In this document: positions 36,201-48,294 of the stretch, one piece after another
How the letters are laid out: each line of letters opens with the position of its first letter
Numbering within the stretch: the first letter of the stretch is position 1
NCBI GenBank assembly: GCA_965287045.1
Contig: OZ336889.1
Coordinates: 45,446,001 to 45,510,000 of the forward strand
Direction: 5' to 3'
Source: Carcharhinus amblyrhynchos
Taxonomy: Eukaryota
DNA: 64,000 nt
Position numbers and translations under genes: made by a program
The notes under the pieces: generated by a model
What the model saw: the letters and a program-made list of their open reading frames with translations, nothing else
Told to the model about the DNA's origin: nothing
Database searches by the model: none

Positions 36201-39200
36201 CAAGCATTGTAAGGAGCTAACTGCATTACAGTATTTTTACAGACAATAAATTAAGAAGTACAAACTCGCCCGTCATTAAAAGCCGAGACAAACCTCATTC
36301 AGGAAGATATATAAAGCAGTTTAAGCAGAGAGCCTAATGGTGTAGCAACACAAGTTCTTGAGAATTCAATAGTCTGGAGCTGATTGCAGTTGCCAGGAAC
36401 CCGGCTGATGTTACCTGCGAAGATGTCCCAACCTGAAGCACCGGGAAATGGGTGTGCATAAATGTGTTTACCGGATCGGTGTGAGGAATAATGTGCAAGA
36501 CCCAACGAGAACAGTGGACAGCCCGGTCGGAGTGCAACACTAATACATACTAGAAAAACGACATATATACACTAATAGCACTGTAACGATCGACAACAGT
36601 GAAATGTAGGAACTACTAAACTCACACACGCACTATAGGCTGAGGTTAGACTACTTACGAGATCTGAACAATTTCAGAACTTTCCTCTCCCTGAACAACA
36701 TCCAATTCAGTAGATTTATAAGTGAATGCCAGCTTATGGTTACTACACTGTATTCGATTGTTTAAGTTTATTTATTAGTGTCACAAATAGGCTTACATTA
36801 ACTCTGCAATGAAGTCACTCTGCAAATCCGTTGGTTGCCATACGCCAGTGCCTATTCGGGTACACTGAGGTAGAATATAGAATGGCCAATGCACCAAAGC
36901 AGCACATCTTTGGGACGGTGGACGGAAAATGGAGCACCCGAGGAAACCCACGCAGACACGGAGAGAAAGTGCAGATTCTGCACAATTAGTGACCCGGGTC
37001 CCTGGCGCTGTGAGGCAGTAGTGAAAAATACTGAGCCAGTTTGAGAACTTATTCTGGAGAATTGAAAATATGACTTTAACTGCCTCCACAAAGATGTCTG
37101 CACTCATGCTTCGAGTCTGCGAGCTGGGACTGACCACCCCTCTTCTCTCCACAGTTAAGGTTTTCTCTCTGTTACAGCTTAAGCACAGAGGCAGTGCTTA
37201 TACAATGAAAGAAAGAGCGGGTGGGAAAATCATCAGCTTTAGGAAAAGACGGATGACAATTTTAAAATAAATTCCCTGTGGAAATGCACTTTTATATGAA
37301 CTTCAATTCCTGCAGTCCCAACACCAGCATGAAGAAAATCTGCCACAGATGCCAGTCAAATACCCATCTCAGTGAACTTTTGCTTTACTTTTCCTTTTGT
37401 CATTGAATTTTAATTTGGCTAAGGAAACAGCGAACTACTGCAAAGCTTGGTCATTCGACGTGTTTTCCTGTGTAGGTGATCATATTCCGAAATTGAGAGT
37501 TATCTTGTGAAATAGTCCATCACTTTACCTGGGTGGGTTTTTATATCCACGCAAGTTAACCTTTTTTCCTGCTTTAAACGCATGGAGCCTATCCAGATTA
37601 AGTGATTTGATAACGACATGTAAACGTTTAAGGGCAGACTGCTAACTTCATCTTCATTTTATACGGCGGTCACCACCCGCAGCAGCTCCACCTCCCCCGC
37701 ACCACCCACCAACCCCCACCCCACCTCCCCCCCTCCCCGCCCTTCCAGCCCCAAAACCGAAAAGTCTGTTATGGTCAGATTTGGAGAGGTCTGATAGGGG
37801 AGTCGTGTGCATCCCCTCTTCAAGTGGCTGTAAGACTATCCATTGTAACATATTTCCAGTCGTTACTGCATTCTTCAATTCCAGTACCAATCTTTCCGCA
37901 GGATCTTTATCAAATGTCTCTCTGAAATCCAAGTACCAGACTTTCCAACTATCATGGCTCTTTACCAAAGAAACACAACAATTTAGGTGAATGAATTCTC
38001 GGTCATGACTCAAATGTCCTATCTTTGTAGATCTGCTTTCTGTACAGATGCTCGATGATATTATTTCTAATAAATGTTTCCCGATTTTTTCACCCAATGG
38101 GCGGCAGACTCACCACATGTGTTTCCATGAATCAATTTTGCTGCTATTAAAAGAGTTAATCTGCTTATGTCCCGTGTCCAGATACCGCCCCAGTATTCAG
38201 CATTTTCTCGGATATTTCTGCCAGAGCTCCTGCAACTTCCTAAAGTAAGATTTTGTGAAAGCAAATGATTAGGCTGTGGATCGATGGCCGAGTGCTATTA
38301 TCGCTACACTATTAATCCAGAAAGCCAGCTGATGTCCTGTGGCCAGAGATTCGAATTCGGCAACGGCAGCTGTTGCAAATAAAAAAATCTGGGATTGAGA
38401 ACCATGAAACGATTGTCGGCAAAATCCCATCTGGTTCACTAACGTACCTTTAGGGAAGGAAATCTGCCGTCCTTGCCTGGTCTGGCCTCAATGTGACACA
38501 AGAGCCACAGCAACAGCCCTCTGATCAAGGGCAACTAGGGATAGGCAATAAGTGCTGGCCGCCCAGCGACGTCCGTGTCCCACCAATGGATGAAAAACAA
38601 TGCGCTCCTATTGGGTTTTTACGGCTGTTTGGCCATCATTTGCCCTCATTTGGGAAGCGCGTTATTTACAGAGAATTGAGTGTCAAATGCGCGCAGATAT
38701 CAGGACCTGGGAAGAGGAGAGGTCACGTGTTGGGCATATCCATGAAACTGAATCAGTCTGGGTCCAGTTCATGCACTGCTCGAAGTGGAGTCTGTTCCTT
38801 AACGGCGCATTGGAAAATTCGAAGAAGTTGGTTCCAGAAATTAATTGAAATGAACACAATCCTTTATTTAGAGACCATTCAGGAGTATGAGGCGATCATG
38901 GATTCCTTTCCCCTGATTCTTCCACGGAAAAAGAAACACGTTTTTGGACGCTTCCTCTCTCACAATTCCGTCCATCCCTCAAACTCATCATTTGCAATCA
39001 TGGTGCAGTAGTACATACAGAAGGAGGCGGCTCAGCCGATCAAGACTGACTGGCGCTTTGGGAGGGAGATCCGTGAAATCCCACTCAACTCATCTTTCCT
39101 CTGACAATTCTCCTCCTGACAATTCTCCCCATTACAATTACATGGCGCCTTTCACGATATCAGGATGTCCTGAGGCTCTTCACAGTCAGTGGAATAGTTT

Positions 39201-40227
39201 TGAAGTGTAGTCACTGTTGTGATAGGGATCAGGGCAAAAATATCTGTGCACATCTCACTTCCACAAGCAGAAAGATCATCACAGCATAATCATTTCCAGT
39301 GATGTTCATTGAAGGGAAATTGTTTTCCGAATACTTCCATGGATTGATTTCATGGATTTATTTTCTTTAATGGAGTGATACGAACCACGTAGAGGCAAGA
39401 AAATATTAGGTACGAGAGGCATCTGTATCGGCACAGACTTGTTGGGCCGAAGGGCCTGTTCCTGTGCTGTACTGTTCTTTCAATAAAAACCACATCTACA
39501 TGGGGTACAAAAGGGAGACACGGTTTCATGTCTCTTCTGAAGGATGTCATAGTCAATAGAATGGCATGATTAAAGAATGCAATTCTGTCGAAATGTTGTA
39601 AATTCGTTTCAGTGGCCAGGAAACAATGTACCAGGTTTAATTTTCTTTGTCTAATGCCTATGGAATTGGTCAATCTAATTGCGAAATGGCTGTACCGTCA
39701 TTAGTGGAACCTAGACAGAGTTCTTCAGCTGGCACAGGAGATAGAGCAAGTTTGCAGGTTTCAGAACCGTGCTTGGTCAAACGGCGCATTGGCTAACAGG
39801 CTGTGCAATTGAATGTGGATATCTGTGATGAAGCCAAAATCAGCAGCCACAGGCTCAAGCAAAGGATGGATTGAAACCTTGCATTGTTTCTATTAAAGTC
39901 TTGCACTGACAGTTGTTAACCTGGCTTTCGCAAGCTTCTTCATCTCGTGATTGGTCAACGAGGGTCAAGCCGAATAAAAACTAAATTACTTCCTATTCCC
40001 TTCGTCGGTCATCAACACCAGAAAACACTTAACAGCTGGACATAAGAACATAAGAAAGAGGAGCAGGAAGATGGCCTTTTGCCTTTCGAGTCTGTTGTGC
40101 CATTCAGCAAGGTCATGAACAGATCATCTACCTCAAGACCACCTTCCTGCACTACCCCCAAATTCGATAATTAGCTTAACAAGTCAAAATAAATCTCCGG
40201 TTTGAATAAACACAGTGACTGCGATTC

Positions 40228-42038
40228 ATAAGAACATAAGAAATAGGAGCAGGAGTAGGCCATCTAGCCCTTCGAGCCTGCCCCGCCATTCAATAAGATC
40301 ATGGCTGATCTGTCGTGGCTCAGTTCCACATTCCCGCCCTCTCCCCATAACCCTTAATCCCCTCTCTTATCAAAAACCCATCAACCCGCGTCTTAAAAAT
40401 ATTTAGCGAGGTAGCCTCCACCACTTCAACGGGCAGAGAATTCCAGAGATTCACCACCCTTTGAGTGAAGAAGTTCCTCCTCAACTCCGTTCTAAACCGC
40501 CCCCCCCTTTATCTTGAGGCTGTGCCCCCTAGTCCTATTATCCTTTCTGAGCGGGAAGAGTCTCTCCACCTCTATCCTATCCATCCCATTCATCATCTTA
40601 TACGTCTCAATGAGATCTCCCCTCATTCTTCTGAACTCTAACGAGTACAAGCCTATTTTATTCAGCCTCTCCTCATAGCTCAACCCCCTCAACTCCGGCA
40701 TCAGCCTAGTAAACCTCCTCTGCACTCTCTCCAAGGCCAAAATATCCTTGCGTAAATACGGCGCCCAAAACTGCACACAGTACTCCAGCTGCGGCCTCAC
40801 CAATGCCCTGTACAGCCGCAGCAAGACCTCCCTACTTTTATATTCAATCCCCCTCGCTATGAAGGCCAGCATCCCATTCGCCTTCCTGATCACCTGCTGC
40901 ACCTGCAAGCTGGGTTTTTGCGACTCATGCACAAGGACCCCAAGGTCCCTCTACACAGTCGCCTGCTGCAGTTTTTCGCCACGTAAGTGATAATCCTTCC
41001 TACCATTATTCCTACCAAAGTGGACCACCTCGCACTTGCCAACATTAAATTCCATTTGCCATTTCCTGGCCCATTCACCCAGCCTATCTAGATCCTTCAG
41101 TAGACTCTCCACACCCTCCGCACAATTTGCCTTTCCTCCAATCTTGGTGTCATCAGCAAATTTCGACACCCTACACTCGGTTCCCTCCTCCAGATCATCT
41201 ATATAAATGGTAAATAGCTGAGGCCCCAGCACCGACCCCTGAGGCACTCCACTAGTCACCAACCGCCAATCCGAATAGCACCCATTGACTCCCACTGTCT
41301 GCCTCCTATTTGACAACCAATCCTCTATCCACGCTAACACCCTACCCCCAACTCCCTGACCTTCTGCAATAACCTCCTGTGAGGTACCTTGTCAAACGCC
41401 TTCTGAAAACCCAGAAAGACCACATCCACCGGCTCTCCTCTATCCACCGCCCTAGACACCTCCTCATAGAACTCCAGTAAATTTGTCAGACTCGACTTCC
41501 CTTTAACGAAACCGTGCTGCGTCTGCTCTATCAAGCAATTCCTCTCAAGATGCCTCGCTATTTCCTCCCTGATGACGGATTCTAACATTTTACCTACAAC
41601 AGACGTTAAACTAACCGGCCTATAATTCCCTGCCTTTTGCCTGGCACCCTTCTTAAACAACGGCGTAACATTATCCGCTTTCCAATCTTCCGGCACTTCC
41701 CCGGAATCCAGCGACGTCTGGAAAATAACTACCAAGGCATCCACTATCACCTCCGCCATTTCTTTCAGAACCCTCGGATGCATTCCATCCGGTCCTGGGG
41801 ACTTGTCCACAATCAGCCCCTCCAGTCTGTCGAGCACCGCCTCTCTAGTAACAGTAATGTCATTAAGACCCTCCAGTCCTACCACCTTTCCATCTCTAAC
41901 ACCCGGCAAATTATTCACGTCCTCCTCCGTGAAGACAGAGACAAAAAAGTTATTCAGGGCCTCAGCCATATCCCCATCCCCTACCACTAAGTCCCCCTTC
42001 TCATCCTCTAAGGGACCAACGTTCACCCTAGCCAGCCT
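40228..42038 (-). mobile_element. Young ~1.8 kb CR1 insertion private to unit 2 (RT domain)
   Basis: KSPGPDGMHPRVLKE, NYRPVSLTSVVGK, FQKAFDKVPH, GVPQGSVLGP, FADDTK and the C-terminus, with frameshifts. (cataagaa)n tail at 40227. Empty sites at ~19042 and ~62384. Confidence 0.97.
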
Positions 42039-44359
42039 CTCTGTGCGTAGTAATCTGAAATATTATAAATATGCTGCACATTGTGGGGATATAAGTTTTG
42101 GTCCGATGAAAAGACTACTCTTTTAAACGCCGCCAACGCAATAATGACCAATATTTCCTGTTTCCTGTTTTCTGACCATTCACCAATTCAAATTCAGGCT
42201 CATATATTGCACCCAATCCCACCTGCCCGAATTCTATCTCTGAATAGAATAATCTGTATATGTTTAGGTGAAGTTACAAGCTGTACGTAGGAGTCTTGCT
42301 AGTCAAATCTTTCCCCTGACCTCATGAATTACTTGGTCTTCCTTTGTTGAACTCTGAAAACTCCAAAACTCCTATCTTACAACTCTTTTGAATGTACAGT
42401 ATATGGAAATGGGATTACAATAGGTAGGGTGCGTGATGGTCGGTGCAGTCACGGTGGGCCAAAGGGTTTCTTTCTGTGCTGGTAAGTGCTATGACTTTGA
42501 ATATTTCACCCGACTCTGTAACAGTGGTGAAGTTTGTTTCCGGATAAAATTGCGCCTTGTTTACTGAATGATCCTTACTAATCCCTATGAAGTATTAGTT
42601 TTGGCAAATTTTGTTCATCAGTAAGCGATACGCAAATAAGTATTGCATTTGATCTTAGGTCAGTCCATTTATTCATCAGCTTTACTTGGAGATTCTAACA
42701 CTGATCCAAAACTGAAGATACAATGACCATATTGCTTTGATTGATTTGATTTACTGCATTTTAATTAATATTATCGGATGCATAAAGGTAATTGGTAAAG
42801 AGCCTTTCACTATTACGACATCGTATTTCACCAGACTCTGTAACAGCGGTGGGTCTTTTTTCCAGATAATTTTAATGTGTAAATCAGCAGAGAAACAGAG
42901 TGAAGTCAGATACAAGGAGCTTTAAACACGATAACAGAGAGGTTTCTGAGATTTGATGAAAGAGTGTAATAAGTGGAACCCTGAGTGGGGTACAAGATTT
43001 TTGAACCAGTAGACATTAAGGCACTGACAGAACCAGCAGCATTCAGTTAAATGTCTGTTAAAGTAAGTTTATCAGCTAACAAGAAACAATTTGTACATAT
43101 GAGATGTAGCTCCGGATTGAAGCAAATGATTATGATTATAAAACACATATGCTGATATTTTGGATGTATTGTTGTTGATTTTAAGCAATATTGTTCACGT
43201 TAGTCATGCAGCATTTTACAGCAAGGCACCATGATAAAAGTCATTACAGCAAGCCAAATTTCGAGAGAATTTTATGCCTTGGAAACATACAAGTTTCAGC
43301 AGTAAAAGTTTCTGATGGAAGGAACGTATCAACCACTTAATCATACATCATGAATAGGTTTATTCATTGTCTGGACGCGATAGACTGGTGTCCAGGCGTA
43401 GTGTCAAGTTGGTTGGGTGTACAGTGAACTTTAAGGAACCCGTGACAGCGTTCATTTGAACTCTGGGTGAAGTGTCTTCGGTTACCTCGGCAACCAGGAT
43501 GCGGAGACAGCCAAGACGGGAGTTTCTTCCAAATTTCTCGGACTAATTAAATACCATTATGCTGAGGGGTAGAATTTTGTTGGATAATGTATTTGACGTG
43601 GACTACTGTTGATTTGTACATCTTGAAAATAATTGATTTAAACTTACTGAAAGGCTCAAATGATACATAAGGGAAAAAATATGATTGATTTGTTTTTGAT
43701 TGCATATGTTAGATTCATCGGAGAGGTTTTGCTGCTCTACGTCAGAGCTACTTAACTCTTTGACGAACTCCTGGCGACCATTGGTTAAATGAAGTTACGT
43801 CTTTAATACAGAGATACTGGTTTCGTGAGTCTTGCATGGTCTAAAGCTTGGGCAATCCCGGTCACCTCGGTGACCCCACCAACAGGGAGTACGAACAATA
43901 GCTTAGATTCCAAAATTGAGAATAAAAGGTTTCCAATCTCATACGTTACGTAAGGCTGAATAATGCCGGAAAAGTGTTAGATTTGACTTATCTTGAAAAT
44001 AGCACTAAAAGATACGTGAATCGTATTGCATTTGATCTTAATTATTTTATTGGACGGCTTTGTCTAAATGTCTGAAAATAAGTAGACACTTAACATGCAA
44101 TAACCAGATTGTTGCATTTTAATTATGATTATCAGGTACATAAATGTAAATTGATAAACAACAAGGTTTCACTGAACACCGACAATGTTCCGATCGAAGA
44201 CCCTTTTAAAAAAGCAACTGTTAAAACCCGAAGCTCCAGCCGCGGTGGTCATTTTCTTAAATTTCTGAAATACGATCAATTTCTACTCTTTTTGTCACAT
44301 GAAAGCAATGAACAGAATTGAACAATCATTCGCAGCTGAGTCAAGAGCAGTTTCTGAAT

Positions 44360-44682
44360 TTACACACAGCTGGATCTGGAGACGGTTGTTTGAAGCGGGT
44401 TTGCTAGAGTCTCGTGTTTGACCAGACAGGAGTAAAGCTCGTGTGAGTTCCAGTCTGAGGCTGACAGAGTCAGATAACTGCTCACACTGAACGTGTTGTC
44501 CGCCTCCTGCTGGACCCGACTGGTCTCAACCCCATTCCCTCTGACGCTGCCATCTACAGTCCATTGAATCTCCGCAGCTCCCGGTTTAAAACCGCTCACC
44601 AAACACACCAGGGTCGCCGTGTTCTTCGCTGCGATTTGATCCGGTGAAGGTGGGAGGAGGGAGACAGATGGTTGCTGCGGCA
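44360..44682 (-). CDS. IGLC: Ig light chain constant exon, cluster 3
   Basis: PQQPSVSLLPPSPDQIAAKNTATLVC...WTVDGSVRGNGVETS...YSCLVKHETLANPLQTTVSRSSCV. Acceptor aaaccAG|TG at 44683-44684. Confidence 0.97.
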
Positions 44683-46434
44683 CTGGTTTAAAAACAAAAT
44701 AGGTTGAGTAGTGTCAGGGAATTGATTTGTTTGACGCATTATAATTTACCGAACAATATGATCGAATTTCTGTCATTCATTAAATACAATAAATAAATCC
44801 CTTTACTTTGTGTGTTCATCCGAGGAAAGGCGAAGGAGGGAGATCGATGGGACGTTTGGATCTAAGAAGCGAAGTTCACTTTTAATGACTGACTGGGGTT
44901 GAAGTGGAGTTGACTCTGTTCTATTTTATAGGCAACAATTCAATACATGCGCATTATATTTCGCAATGTCTCCCAGAATGCCATTAAAGATATCTTGGTT
45001 CATAATAAATTGTTGAAAATAACCCTGTTTTTTTAGCTGCCGTGTGTCCATGTTGAGAATCTGCGTTGCCAGGTAAAATACGAAATAACATTAGAAACAC
45101 TGAACTTACATTAAATTTGCTCTATTGTGTTCCGATGGGAAGAAATGTTGATCAGTTTTACCATCATGTTTTTACTGATGAACTTTTATGTTATAATCCT
45201 GAGCAGTGTAGTTACAGTTTCTCTGGCAATTTCACCCTGGGGGGTTCCCCCTTCTCGGCTCAGACGGTTTCAACTCCACACGGGAACTGACCGCGCTATC
45301 TGGACTGACAGTCCAGCGAAGGGAAAGTGGCTCAGGCCGTAGTTACTCCTTTTGGATTAGAATTAAACCAAGATCGTTGGACATAAATGTTACAGTTTTG
45401 GAGGAAGTGCCGTCAGGCTATCGTCATTGTGCGAAATCAGATTAACCAGTGATTGGTCTCATTACCGTCTATGGGGAAAAAGTGGCCGGAGAGATCATTT
45501 TGCGGATCTCATTAACAAAAATATTACGAGATTTTTCCGATGAAAGCCACGAAATAAACTCAACCACATGTTAGTACGGGTTGTGTCCGTAAACGTGCGT
45601 CTTTTGTTCGAGAGGACGATGGAAACCTTGACTTTCTGCAACAGTAACAATGGTGATATCTGGTCAGATACGTTTACATTGAGGTTGACAGAAGTAGGAG
45701 TCGGGGATATGTAAAATCTTTTATCGACCCAGCAACCACCGAGTTACACTCTGGGCCAAGTTGCAATCCGCTCTCATACTGCTGGTGTGGAGGTGCTGTA
45801 TTGATGCAACTTTCTGAGCGAGCTTTCGAGCTAAGAGACAGTCTTATCTTCTTATAGTGGACGAGTTCGACTGCATAATTAGTGGAAGAGGTCAGTTTTA
45901 AATATGATTAATAGCATTACTATGGTGGAATTGTTACACTGGGTCACATTCTGCCTTCTCTGATTACGGGTCTCTGCCTCGAAATAAGTAGCAAACTCAG
46001 ATCAGATTTCAACAGCTGAAGTGATTGGAGATTCCTGTGGGGCGCATGCTCAATACACAGGGCAATCTGGCAATGTGAATGTTGGAACTCAATGATTAAA
46101 ATTTAATAAAGTAACATGTTCACACAATGTTAGTTTTAAAAAGACTCTGAGCTGTCGTGAAACTTGGTCATGTTTCATTCATTACAGAGAAGACCAATAA
46201 GTGATTCCCTATTTTACTTACAACCCAGCATACGCTTCAGCGGAGAAGTACACAGGCCTAACTTACAGGGGTCGTGTGCATTCAAAGCTTTGCAATTAAA
46301 CAATGTCCAATAGAAAGTGTTTCCTCATGAGCGGCCAATCATCCGGCATTGTCTGTTCAAATCAACACTCCGGGTTGAATCGCAGTTCAAATCAAATCCG
46401 GGATATTCAATGTAGCAATAATTCCATCTGAAAA

Positions 46435-46702
46435 GGGGCGGCACCATGGCACAGTGGTTCGCATGACTCCTTCAAAGCGTCAGGCAACCGGGTTCGATTC
46501 CCGCCTCGGGTCACTGCCTGTGAGGAGTTTGCATGTTTTTCCCTGTGTCTACATCGGTTTTTTCCGGGTGCTCCGGCTTCCTTTCACTCGGAAAGACTTG
46601 CTGGTTCGGTGCATTAATCCCAACAGGCGCCGAAGTGTGGCGGCGTGGGGAATTTCACAGTAACTTCATTGCAGTGTAAACTTGTGACTAATTAATAAAC
46701 TT
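46435..46702 (+). mobile_element. V-domain SINE in the J-C intron, cluster 3
   Basis: Paralog of 2354-2620. Confidence 0.85.
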
Positions 46703-47294
46703 GAAAAGTTAGCAGGAGATCCTAATGCAGAGCGTTACAGTCAGTTTGATTTGCCGTCCATTGTTTGCCTTCCTGTTTCTCTTGCTATTTTTGATGGGTT
46801 ATTTATAAGGGGCTATTTCAACGCGAGGTCAATCAGTTCAAGTAACTGGCGCAAGTGATCATTCTTTACTTGTAACAACAGGCAGTGTGATTTTGTCTTT
46901 ACGGAGCGGGATTTTAAACCGTTGAGACCTTTATTGGCATTACTGGGGGTCTACATGTTGTCTTTCTCTGTAAGGTCATTTGACGGCACATTAAGATTAA
47001 AGCGCTTTGTTCACCCCACTGATCTGATGGTAAAGAAATTTTGCGGCCTGTTGTTATTCTGCCTGAGCTAAAACAACTCAATGCAGACCGACAGATAGAT
47101 CAGAAAACATTATCGAATTGGAAGGCGACAGATAGTAACGTTACTTGCAGGGTCGCTTTGTATAGGGTAAATTGAATTCATGGATGTGTTGTTAAAAGAA
47201 CATTTCAATTTATTCAAAATATAATACCGAGGGAATGTTTTGTTATTAACCGGAAGCGAGTTTTGAACAATGTAACAGAAGGAAATTTACTCAC

Positions 47295-47642
47295 TGCCAA
47301 CGCTTAGCTTGGTTCCGCCTCCGAAGTTGTACACGTTGTTTTTCCATATAGCACAGTAATACTCTGCGGCGTCCTCCGATTCAACTTGACTGATACTTAA
47401 AGTTCCCGTGTTACCGGATACCGAACCTGAAAACCGGCCTGGAACTCCCAGGGCTCTGCTAGTTCTGCTTCCAACAGAGTGATAAAGCAGATACCGGGGA
47501 GCATTTTCAGATTTCTGCTGGTACCAATATATGTTGCTGCTTCCTAAACTGGCGCCAGACAAGGTGCAACTTATTTGGACGGTTCCTCCGAGAGAAGTAG
47601 ATTTCGAAGGCGGTTGACGGACTGTAATCGCCGCGTTAGAAA
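47295..47642 (-). CDS. IGLV: Germline-joined VJ exon, cluster 3
   Basis: 348 nt. C TLSGASLGSSNIY W...HSVGSRTSRALG...YYC AIWKNNVYN FGGGTKL. Acceptor at 47643-47644, donor at 47293-47294. Confidence 0.97.
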
Positions 47643-47774
47643 CTGAAAAAGAGATTCCGAATATTATTGTTAAGCTACTCAAATTAATATCAGAACAAAA
47701 TTGCCGTTTGAAAAATCACCGAAGTAGTCCTCGAAAACGCGCGTTTACATCGACCCGACGTTTTAAATACTCAC

Positions 47775-47823
47775 ACGCCAGGCTCAAAATGAACACAATG
47801 ATCGCATGGACCCAGTCAGCCAT
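47775..47823 (-). CDS. IGLV: Leader exon, cluster 3
   Basis: MADWVHAIIVFILSLA+T|gtgagt, 49 nt. Confidence 0.93.
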
Positions 47824-47898
47824 TGTGAAAAGTTTGCTGAGGTAGCGAGTTCTGCCAGTTATTTGACAAGATGGGCTAACTGTCTGAATCTCTCTCTC

Positions 47899-47980
47899 TC
47901 TTAATAACCCCTGTCACCAGGAAGGTGTTACCTTGTGTTGGAATGCAAATTAACCTTTTCATTGCAACCAATCAGATTAG
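47899..47980 (-). promoter_or_regulatory. V promoter, cluster 3
   Basis: TATTAAGA, intact octamer at 47943-47950, ccaatcagattag. Confidence 0.85.
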
Positions 47981-48170
47981 CTCCTAAACCCTGTGACGGT
48001 GACTGTAATCTGCTACTTTTTAGTGATTGTTAAAGCAGCTAGTTTTTCGCCACAGAGCTGAAACTTCATTTTCTTTCAATAATTAAACTTGACTAAAACT
48101 GCAAAGCATTTCTAAAGTTTGTTTCACGAAAGGACATCGACCTGAAACGTAAACTCTTTCCTTCTCCACA

Positions 48171-48294
48171 AATGTGGAGATGCCGTTGTTGGACTGGGGT
48201 GGGAAAAGTAAGAAGTCTCACAACACCAGGTTAAAGTCAAACAGGTTTATTTGGCATCACCAGCTTTCGGAGCGCTGCTCCTTCATCAGGTAAG
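48171..48294 (-). mobile_element. Penelope-like fragment with hammerhead motif, cluster 3
   Basis: Paralog of 4093-4216. Confidence 0.7.

Larger units (their letters stand above)
21626..44092. repeat. Tandem segmental duplication unit 2
   Basis: Collinear with unit 1. Offset to unit 3 at the C stop is 22467. Confidence 0.95.
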
